From Octopus sinensis (taxonomy: Eukaryota), in the NCBI RefSeq assembly GCF_006345805.1, contig NC_043007.1:55304001-55368000 (forward strand): 64,000 bases of DNA, read 5' to 3'. Shown in pieces: positions 26,545 to 37,522 of the stretch. The position numbers and the translations under genes are program-made. Under the pieces are notes generated by a model, which was not told the DNA's origin, searched no databases, and saw only the letters and a list, made by a program, of their open reading frames with translations. Every line of letters starts with the position of its first letter. Position 1 is the first letter of the stretch.

Positions 26545-29275
26545 AAAAAAAATAGTAAAGAGTGAAAAAACGACAGAAGGCTTAAATGTTAAAAAATATA
26601 TATATTTGCGTCAATATGTCTGAAGAATATTAGAAATTTTTTTAAACAAACTTTTTTCCTTTATAATGACATAATTTTTAAAGAAAGACCGGTTTCGCAT
26701 TTAGCTTTTCAAATTTCTTGTGACGTTATGTTTATGTTTATGTTTGTGTTTAAGCTCCGGAGAGTTCTAAATAAGGGAAGGTAGTGGGTGATTTCTTCCG
26801 GTGTAAGGGAGATAATCGCTTAAAAATTTTTTTCCTTTCCCTTAATGTGAATTTCTCTATATCAGTATGTTCGGATGGTTGAGTCTGGGCTTGTACTTTT
26901 CAATGAAGAATGTTTCCTTGTTTAGTCTAATTTGTGTTGATGATCCGAAAGCACATTGGTAAAATGGAAAGATTAAAAATTGTGGTAGTAGTTGCTTTGC
27001 GCATTTCTCAATGTGCTCACTAAAAGGTATCATTCTATATTCTGGGAATGCAATCTGTTGTCGATGCAGTGTGCATCTACGTCTGAGTGATAGTCCCGTG
27101 GAACCCACGTAGTCTTGGTGGCAGCCCGAGCATTTTATGACATAAATTATGTTTTCAGAGACACAAGTAAAGTTAGATTTGATCTTGAATTTCTGTCCCT
27201 CTTTAAAGAGGAATTCTGATCCTTCTAGTAGGTTAGGACATGTTGCACAGTTCGATCTACCACATTTTTTTACTTTTGCATCCGTAATTTCAGAAGACAA
27301 TTTTGCCTTTGTGAGAATCTTTTTAAGTGATTTAGGCTGTTTGTAGCTTTTAATGATTTGGTGTATGTTTAGAATTTCCTTTAATTTGGGTTTTTTATGA
27401 AGTATTGGTAAATTCTGGGTGATGATGGTGAAGGCTTCTTTGTTTCTGGAGTTAAACAGAACACACCAACAACATCCTAATACCAGACCCAACCACCATA
27501 CAGCACAAAACGACACTAGAATAAGAAATACACCACACACAAATCGCTACTACCCCATGAACCAAAATTACTGGTCCCCAATAAACACAAGACAAACGCA
27601 AAAAAACACTATGTCAAGCAACATCCCACATACAAGCAGTTCGAAACAAAAATATTTCCCATACAGAAATTTTACACACACCACAAACAATAACAACCAT
27701 AGATTCCCCCACACACACAACGATAGGGGGCAACAATACCACCACTCTCCCGACCAAATACCACACAACCTCACAGACAACTCATACAAACAAAATTACA
27801 CCCAACATTTTTTAGCCAGGGACCAGGGACACCAGGACACAGGCTGGAACCTAGTAATAAGGAAAAACCGAAGATAATCAATCTTTCAACCAAACCTCTT
27901 TCTAACATAAAAATTGACATCCTCTCAAAAGGGCTCAAGTTTACACCAACTCCACGCAGAGCCAACCTAAATGAAATCAAGGATAATATAACAGAATTTT
28001 GCAGAAAATTAAGACTAGCGGAAGCATCAACCAGTTTCAATACTGAAGATGAATCACTAGTCAAGAACAAAAGTGAACACATCCCACACAGAGGAAGAAA
28101 TAAAGATCTTGACGAATTCTGTAACCACATTGAGAACTTCCCCTACCATACTATACATAAACAGAAAGCTAACTAAAATTTTAACACTACACAATGGAAA
28201 GAACTGATAGAACTTCAAAATGATGAGGATATAACCATTAAGGAAGCAGACAAGGGAAATGCAGTTGTAATAATGGATACATCATACTACAGAAATCTCG
28301 TAATTTCCTTGCTTGATGACGACCTACATTATGAAAAAATTACCAACTACACCCCACAAAAAATAATGAAAACTCTATCTTCACTAATTAAAACCCATGA
28401 AAAGGAACTAACAACCAAAGAGATTGACTTCCCAACACAACAAACTTTAAATGCAAACCTAGCCTTTTCTGTGGTCTGCCAAAAATTCATAAAAGTCAAA
28501 TTATAAATGAAACCATTAAAAAATCACCAAAGACATACATACACACACCTAACCCGTGGGACCTAAAACATGTCCTAACCTACTAGAAGGATCAGAATTC
28601 CTCTTTAAAGAGGGACAGAAATTCAAGATCAAATCTAACTTTACTTGTGCCTCTGAAAACATAATTTATGTCATAAAATGCTCGGGCTGCCACCAAGACT
28701 ACGTGGGTTCCACGGGACTATCACTCAGACGTAGATGCACACTGCATCGACAACAGATTGCATTCCCAGAATATAGAATGATACCTTTTAGTGAGCACAT
28801 TGAGAAATGCGCAAAGCAACTACTACCACAATTTTTAATCTTTCCATTTTACCAATGTGCTTTCGGATCATCAACACAAATTAGACTAAACAAGGAAACA
28901 TTCTTCATTGAAAAGTACAAGCCCAGACTCAACCATCCGAACATACTGATATAGAGAAATTCACATTAAGGGAAAGGAAAAAAATTTTTAAGCGATTATC
29001 TCCCTTACACCGGAAGAAATCACCCACTACCTTCCCTTATTTAGAACTCTCCGGAGCTTAAACACAAACATAAACATAAACATAACGTCACAAGAAATTT
29101 GAAAAGCTAAATGCGAAACCGGTCTTTCTTTAAAAATTATGTCATTATAAAGGAAAAAAAGTTTGTTTAAAAGATTTTCTAATATTCTTCAGACATATTG
29201 ACGCAAATATATATATTTTTTAACATTTAAGCCTTCTGTCGTTTTTTTACTCTTTACTATTTTTTATATATTCAC
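26545..29275. mobile_element. Penelope-like element (Neptune-type) in head-to-head form: minus arm with linker, GIY-YIG and 3'UTR (26545-27455); plus arm with N-terminus, RT core deleted, then GIY-YIG and 3'UTR (27460-29275)
   Basis: CGRSNCATC...IIYVIKCSGCHQDYVGST...HRQQI on both strands; LSKGLKFTPTP and ITIKEADKGNAVVIMD on the plus strand. Confidence 0.9.
29092..29130 (+). ncRNA. Degenerate minimal hammerhead-like motif in the PLE pLTR; mirror copy at 26681-26719 (-)
   Basis: AAGAAA-u UUGAAAA GC-uaaau-GC GAAAC CG GUC UUUCUU; stem I has one extra nucleotide. Confidence 0.5.
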
Positions 29276-29304
29276 CCACGTGCTTTCACAAACCAACTTT
29301 CTTA

Positions 29305-29396
<92 letters not shown>

Positions 29397-29668
29397 TACA
29401 TATATATATATATACATAGATATATATATAACAATTGCAGCGTAGAAGGTGTTTACAAGCCATTTAAATGGCATATAACATTCAAGGATGCAATTGTTTT
29501 TGTTTCAGTACACGATCTCAGAAATCAAGTCACTTGCTATGCAAGTACATCTCCGCACATATCTCTCTCTCTATATATATATGTGTGTGTGTGTGTGTTA
29601 GCGTATGAATATATGTATATATATAATCTCTCTCTCCATCTCTCTCTGTCTATATACATATATATATA

Positions 29669-30238
29669 CAGGGGTTAGACAAAATAATGGAAGCACCTAG
29701 CATCATCTCATCATAATTTTGAAATATCTATAAAATCGTTAAAAGTTTGTTTATTTTTATGTTTTTTGATTTATTATTAGTGTTGCTTAATATGTTTTGC
29801 TAAAATTGCTGCTTCTTTTCAGATATCACCAGAAGAAGGTAATTAAAATTTATTAAAATGACAGATCTAACGGACTTTCAAAGAGGTCAAATTGTTGGTG
29901 CACGTATGACAGATGCTAGCGTAACGAAAACAGCTGAAATGTTTGTATCAAGAAGTACTGTCTGGAAAGTAATGACGGCCTTTGAGAAAGAGGGAAAAAC
30001 CTCCGCGTCGAAACAAAACTCCGGAAGAAAACCAATGCTTTCAGATAGGGACCGTCGGACTCTTACGCGAATTGTCAGAAATGATCACAAAAGTACAGTT
30101 CCGAAAATTACTGCAGAGCTTAATGACCACCTCGAGAACCCAGTTTCCACAAAAACTGTTCGTCGTGAGCTGCACAAAGCCGGATTACACGGGATGGCTG
30201 CAATCAGAAAACCACTACTCTCAAAAATAAACGTTGCA

Positions 30239-30240
<2 letters not shown>
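29669..30240 (+). mobile_element. Tc1-family transposon, 5' part (paired-like DNA-binding domain), truncated at (TG)n
   Basis: TA|CAGGGGTT start; ORF 29858.. reads MTDLTDFQRGQIVGAR...SGRKPMLSDRDRR...STKTVRRELHKAG...IRKPLLS. Confidence 0.85.
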
Positions 30241-30322
<82 letters not shown>

Positions 30323-30490
30323 TATGTGTGTGATAAGTATTATATATACCTAATATATTTATATTATACATACCGAAAAAATATAACTGGATTCTCATTA
30401 CCACATTGAAATCACCCAGTTGATCCATTAATCTCTGTTTAGAAAGAGCTTGAATATACAACAGAGTTATTTATATTGTTTCAAAGCTTG

Positions 30491-30521
<31 letters not shown>

Positions 30522-30556
30522 ATATGATATAATATAATATAATATAATATAATATA

Positions 30557-30626
<70 letters not shown>

Positions 30627-30745
30627 AGTTAATCCAAATAAGAAAACACAAAAAAACAAAAAAAAACACAACAACGCGAGGACGTGGAACAAATAAAGTG
30701 TTATTGGACGCTCAGGAAAGAAAGGAAGAAGGAGGGTTTAACGTT

Positions 30746-30803
<58 letters not shown>

Positions 30804-31574
30804 CGATAAGATAATTGTATTATGACAAAGATTTATATTCACAGAAAGCATCATATTGTTACAATATTTTATACATAGAAAACAATTACATCCTTGAATG
30901 TGTACCGCTGTGGCTATAAATCTTTTATATTCCCTAAATCAAAGCAGAGTAATTTATTAATCAAACTAGCAACCAGCAGCAAGTTATTTATACAAATTGG
31001 TCTATGTGAGTTAGTCAGGTCATTAGTCGGTTTAAAAGCAGTAGTTTCATATACAATTTAAGAGGGCATTCAATATATAATTTAAGAGAGTAGATGAAAG
31101 CGCAAAGGGTTGAAACTAGTTCAGCTGGTACTCTTTGCCTACGAAGATATTGTTCACATTAAGTACTTTGTTATGTGCCGGTAAACAATGTTGGCTAAAA
31201 TACAATTCATCCATCCGTCTGTCCGTCTTATCCGATGATGCATACATCGTCATCGTCATCATCACCGTCGTTGTCGTCAGCGTCATCATCATCACCACCA
31301 CCATTATCACCATCGTTTAACACACAATTTTCCATGCCCAAGTAGATCAGGTGGTATATGTTGAGTCTCCACAACCGGATGTCCTTCTTTCTGTCAATCC
31401 TCCCCTATTTCCAAGTAAGGTAATTTATCACTATGACCAGACACGTCTTGGAAGATTGGCAACAGAAACCGCTATCTCGACGGTGACGCTCGCTTAAAAT
31501 TATCATGAAATGTCTAATCAAGGCTACAGTAACACACACACATATGTGTATATATAATATATATATATATATAT

Positions 31575-31614
<40 letters not shown>

Positions 31615-32009
31615 TAACAATGATAATATATCTATATATAATCAAAATAAACACGATATCAAGTAGTGATGCAGTACGGCCGTTTCAAGCGGCGCCATTT
31701 AATTGATGAAATTAAATAAACTGCACAAATAAATAAATAGAATTTTAACAAGTAGGACACATTAATATAATTTTCTCAATATAATTATTATATTAAGAGC
31801 TGTTACTATAAGTAAAGCCACACACTGGAAAGGGACGCTAAAGTCAAACTACTAACGAATGGAGAGCGTGTTACAGCGCTGACCATGAAATCGTTTCGAT
31901 ATGCAGCTGAACATTTAAAAATAATTTTTTTTTTGTTCATTCCCTCGACTTCAGTGCGTGTGTATAATTGATAAAGTAGTTTGATATCTTTTACAGTTTT
32001 CCTTTACTT

Positions 32010-32362
32010 GTTTCAGTAATTGGACTGCGGCCATACTGAGGCACCGACTTGAAGAGTTTTAGCCAAACAAATCGACCCCAGAACTTATATATTTAAAATC
32101 TGATACTTGTCCTGTCTATCTCTTTTGCCGAACTACTAAGTCAAGCGAAGTAATAAAAATTTTCAGGTACACAAAGAAAAATCACACACACAGACATACA
32201 CAACGGGCTTCTTTCGGTTTCCATCTATCCAAGTCCACTCACAAGGCTTTGGTCGGCCTGGGGCTATAGCAGAAGACACTTGCCCAAGGTGACAGGTACT
32301 GGGAGTGAACCCCCATACCATGTGTTTGGCAAACAAACTCTTCATTGCGCAGTCACGCTCGT
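32010..32362 (-). mobile_element. tRNA-derived SINE (family of 1863)
   Basis: Reverse complement of cttgggcaagtgtcttc...ccgaccaaagccttgtgagtgg plus the LINE-type tail. Confidence 0.75.
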
Positions 32363-32400
32363 GTGGCAAGAAGTTTGGTTCCCAACAGCGTGTATATATA

Positions 32401-33175
32401 TAAAAGGTCTGATCAATAATTATCCGGACTGTTGCCATAATTTGTTATAGTAACGAAGCTAAAGCACGGAGAGCGAAGCCGCTTGGCACAGATTGCCCTT
32501 GAACTCTGCTGCGCACGAGCACTAAGGTTTAACGTTCTAGCTCACTTCCGCTGTTTACAGCAGTGTTTGGACTGAGCGTGTGTAGTGTGTGATCGTCGCA
32601 TTGACCATGGCAGATGCCTGCTCAGAGGCCTACGCAAAGTTGCAGAAAGTGTACGGAGAGGAGTATATGAGCAGCACATAAGTGTACGAGTGGTTTAGAC
32701 GTTTCCAAGAAGGCTAAAAAAATGTCGATATTGACGAAAGTTCTGCGAGACCTGCATCTAGTATAACTGAGGAAAACATCGCAGAAGTGCGTGCAGAGAG
32801 GAAATCGTCGAATCACCATCCGTGAGTTTTCAAAGGATGTACAGATTTTTTACGGTTCAGTCCAGTCCATTATCACTGAAGATTTGGGTATGAGACACGT
32901 GTCTGTCAAGTTTGTGTCAAAACTGTTTTCAGTAGATCAAAAAGACACTCGTGTTTCAGTAGATCAAAAAGACACTCGGATTTCAGTTGCACAAGATCTT
33001 GATTGTGTCGAGAACGATGAAATTTTTTTGAAAACTTTGCGTAGGCCTCTATGCAGGTATCACCAAGCTTTTGGCAAAATTTGATGCAGATTCTCAGCTC
33101 AACTTTCTCTGTCATGATCAATGCGACGATCATACACTATACACCATCTTTCGAAGCACTGCTGTAAACAGCTGG
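32401..33175 (+). mobile_element. Degenerate mariner transposon, 5' half, with an inverted second copy of its 5' region
   Basis: TA-flanked aaggtctgatcaataattatccggact TIR-like start; VYEWFRRF, RRITIRE and DLGMRHVSVKFV motifs; 33040-33175 is the reverse complement of the start region (MTEKVELRICIKFCQKLG). Confidence 0.8.
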
Positions 33176-33377
33176 AGTGAGATAAAACGTTAAAATATAT
33201 ATATATATATTTATATATATATATATATTTATAACGAATATGAGGAGTATAATTCACTTGTGATCTAAACGAATATGTACGCTGAGTAAGTGGTATAATT
33301 GGTCGACCGTTATGTTCCAAGATTACAACTAAGGCTGGAGTTAAGGATCCGTATTAGGGTTTCGTTATAGCAGGTAT

Positions 33378-33825
33378 ATATTATATTAGAGGAAAAATCA
33401 AAACCAAGGCGGAACGAGCCGAGCATCTCAAGTCATTTATAATAATGTTACTTGGGTCAGGTGAATTTGAAGGCTTAAAGCTGTTTCTGGGATAACTCAA
33501 GCGGGAGGTTAGTATGACCACGCACTGAGCATTCCATCATCAGAGACAAAGTGTGAATATTTTAGACAGGAAAAATTTACAGTTTACAAAGAAATAAAAT
33601 TCACAGTTTATAAAGAAGAAAATAGAAACATAAACTGTAAATTTTCCCTATCTAAAATATTCACTCTTTTGTCTCAATGCGTGGTCATACTAACCTACTG
33701 CTTGGGTTATCGCAGAAACGGCTGTAAGACTTCAAATTCACTTTACCGTAATTAAATTATTATAAATGACTTGAGATACTCGTTCTGCCTTGGTTTTGAT
33801 TTTTCCTCTAATATAATATAACCTT
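33378..33825. repeat. Imperfect fold-back (~215-bp inverted arms)
   Basis: agaggaaaaatcaaaaccaaggcggaacgag...ctcaagtcatttataataat versus attattataaatgacttgag...ctcgttctgccttggttttgatttttcctct. Confidence 0.8.
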
Positions 33826-33829
33826 TTCT

Positions 33830-33995
33830 ACTCTAGGCACAAGGCCCGAAATTATTGGGGAGAGGGCCAGCCGATTAGATCGACCCCAGTACGCAACTGG
33901 TACTTAATTTATCGATCCCGAAAGGATGAAAGGCGAAGTCGTTCTCGGCGGAATTTGAACTCAGAACGTAAAGAGAGACGAAATATCGCTAAGCA
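33830..33995 (-). mobile_element. tRNA-derived SINE, second family
   Basis: Reverse complement matches 15196-15410. Confidence 0.7.
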
Positions 33996-34061
33996 ATAAT
34001 ATAATATAATATATAATATAATATAATATGATATAATATAACACACGCACACACACACACA

Positions 34062-34108
<47 letters not shown>

Positions 34109-34564
34109 ATATGTATGAGTATGATAGTAAGTAAGCCTGCGCATTAAGAGTTATACACATGCGCATATGACAGCTAGGAACAGACAAATAGAGGGCAAGG
34201 GAGGAAGATAGAGTGAAAGTGTGTGGGGAACAGGTGTGGAGAAAGACGGGTGGTGAATATAAAAGTCAACGTGAAAAACCCTCATTCTCTAAAAATATTC
34301 CTGTTATGGTATCAGAATATTCTAATAATGGATTCTAGTCTGCAATCTAGAATGTTATAGAGGAATTTTGTTGAATCAGGCTGTAGATAGTAATTCTGTT
34401 GATCTAAATATACAACAACAACAACAAAAACAACCATAAAAGCAAGTAAAAAGAAAGAAAAGAATATTAATTTTTCATAGAAAGAAAGCAAACACGGCAA
34501 AATAAGTGGAGGGGTTGAGAGAGAAAGATTGAATATGAGTGAGAGAGAAATTGAAAGAAAGCAA

Positions 34565-34603
<39 letters not shown>

Positions 34604-35202
34604 GGGTGGTTATAGATTTGTATATTGTATAATATATTTCGTTCAGCCATTCACCATCTTTCACTTCTGACGTCAAATATTACCATTCCGCATTTTCATA
34701 ATTATTATACCAATGCTTTTGTTGTTGCTGCTGCTGTTGTTGTTACGACTACTATGCCTTACTGCTCATTCTATTGCTTGTCATATTCTTGCTACTGCAG
34801 GAGTTGTTGTTGTTGGTACCGTGTTGTTGTGCCGTTTTGTTGTAGATGTTGATGCTGCTGTTACTGCTGTGTTTCTATTGATGTGTATGTTGTTCATGCA
34901 TGTGAGAAGGACGATGGTGATGATAATTGTAGTGTTGATAGTGTTAATACTAACTGCTAATTAAATGAAAATAGGAAAAGAAAACAACACTAAAAATTAC
35001 TCAAAATGATCGAAATGAAAGACTTTTTTTGTTGTTGCTTCTCTTTGCTGCAGCATTATAGTCCACTTTTGCTGGGGCTGCGTTGATGCACATAAAACAA
35101 GGTGGAATTAATCAAAGATCTATCGAAGAGTATTCATTACACAGCATATTTGAAGATATGCTTGCAGCAGCAGCCTCATACATATGCCTCTATATACGTA
35201 AA

Positions 35203-35323
<121 letters not shown>

Positions 35324-35378
35324 GCCTGTCTGCCTGTCTGTCTGTCTGTCTATATGTACATACATTCGCATATATGTA

Positions 35379-35430
<52 letters not shown>

Positions 35431-35995
35431 AAATAAATCTCTGAACGAGGTATAAACAGTAACTGCACGACAATGTGAGGTATATTTGCCATCTCAATAT
35501 GGCTAACCACTAAGGGTGGGTGTTTTTGTGCCCTATCGGATGTTCTCCTGGGGCTACAAGCTACAGTAACACCCACCCTTAGTGGTTAGCCATATTGAGA
35601 TGGCAAATATACCTCACATTGTCGTGCAGTTACTGTTTATACCTCGTTCAGAGATTTATTATTGCTTGTATACACTTTTTCAAGATCAGTGACGAAAGGT
35701 TACTGGAAAAAGGATATAAGTATTTGCATTGGGACTCCTTTCATCGTAAACCGGTGTTTTTTGAATTTTTCCTCGGAGTATATCAAATATTTTTCTGTTG
35801 CTGCAAATCGTTGTGTGAGTTCGTTTCCGTTTGTCTACTTTGTTGTGTTACACGTAATATAATTGTTGAACTGTTTTTGACCCAGTAATTTTCGCCCTTC
35901 GGGGTAAAAAATCTCTGTGTTTTTTTTTGTGTGAACTCTTAACCTGTATAGGTTATTTTTGAAAAAAAAATTCTCTTGTCATTTGTGACAAGTTT

Positions 35996-37503
35996 GTGTT
36001 GTCTAATATGGAATTAGACTTTCCCGAGATGGGAGAAGGTACAACAACTGTTAAACAAAAGGAAACACAGGCAAAACCCAGTTTTTCAGACGCCGTAGGT
36101 GGCGAAGTGAAAGAAATGGAGGTGTCAATGGAAAGACTATTCATGTTCAGACCGCTTGTGCAAAAAAGAGGTGAAGAAACACGATTGGTACCGCCCCCTG
36201 AGACTATACAGGCAATAAGGGAAAAAATGGTCACCTATAAAGTGTACAATATAAAAGAAAAACGAATGACCGACGTAAAAAACGAAATGGTCGAAAAGTG
36301 TATGGCATCAATATGGAATAAAGTTCGTCATGTCAACCGAGGTACAAGAAGCGCTACAGTGGAGGCGCATTTTGAGACGGCGGAAGAAGCAAGGCAAATT
36401 TCGACGCAAACGTTGAAAAACGAGAATATAATACTGCTACACTTATATTTAGGGTGCAGAACAGCAAAGGTGACCCTAGAAGATATACCAAGGGGCTACG
36501 ACGTGATGTGGGCGGCAACAGCGGTCATTTTTAATGTTGAATCAAAATTGACAATTTTGAGTATGAAGAGGAAAATAGCAAAACACTGGAGAGGCCAGCA
36601 GCTGGAGATGATTATCCAGGTGGAAAATGCGATGCTGGAAAGCCTACCAGATAGAGTCTTCGTAGGGGAGGGGCACTCCATACGACTTTCGGTGGAAGGA
36701 CGCAGGCCCAGATGTTTTAAGTGCGGGCAAAAGGGCCACGTTCGCTCCGTTTGAACAAAGAAAAATAATACGGGCAATGCCCCCCCCCACAAAACGCTGT
36801 GAAGAACGCAGAAAGCAGCAAAGTGGAGAACAAAGTAACGACTGGCGAAAGCAAGGAGGTAAAAAAAAACAGGTCGAACTCCAAAAAGGAGGAAGACAGG
36901 AACGAAATGCAAAATGAGAAAGGAAAGGAAGAGGAAATTAATACAACGAAAACAAATATACAAGAAGAGATGGAATTCACGAACGTGTCGAACAAAAGGA
37001 AAAAATCCATCACCCCTGACTCCCCACCCGTAACAAAAAAAAAAAAACAACGCAGACGAACAAATTAAAAATATTCTCCAATCCCACCCCGGCGGTACTA
37101 CATTTATAGGCCAGCACTTTAACAAACCCCACCCACCAACTGTAAAAGGGTTTAAACCCAATGAAAATATTATAGCATACACCACAAGGAACGAGAGAGC
37201 AGTAAAATTTGTGCAAGCAAGTATGCAGATCAGGGGCTACAAAGCGACCGAGAAGGAAGCGGGGTGGCGATATGCAAGGGTCGGCGAAGAAGGATGGAAA
37301 GGAAAAACTTACAAGACCACGTAAAAGCCGGCTTCATTAAGGATGTCACCCAGGAGGTGACAACTGGGAAATTATACGTCAGCCCGGCAGCCACACCAAC
37401 CCAGAGCCCGGTGGCAACGCCGGTGAAACGCCCAGCAGCAACGGCGAGGGGGGGGAGACAGGCAGAAGGGATCTGTCAGGCTCCCTCTCGCAACCGTGAG
37501 TAA
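35996..37503 (+). pseudogene. LINE ORF1 (gag-like, CCHC knuckle), disrupted
   Basis: ...VEGRRPRCFKCGQKGHVRSV* where the last Cys codon position is TGA; lysine/glutamate-rich continuation in ORFs 36799..37068 and 37264..37503. Confidence 0.8.
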
Positions 37504-37522
37504 ATAATTTTCTTTTTTTTCG

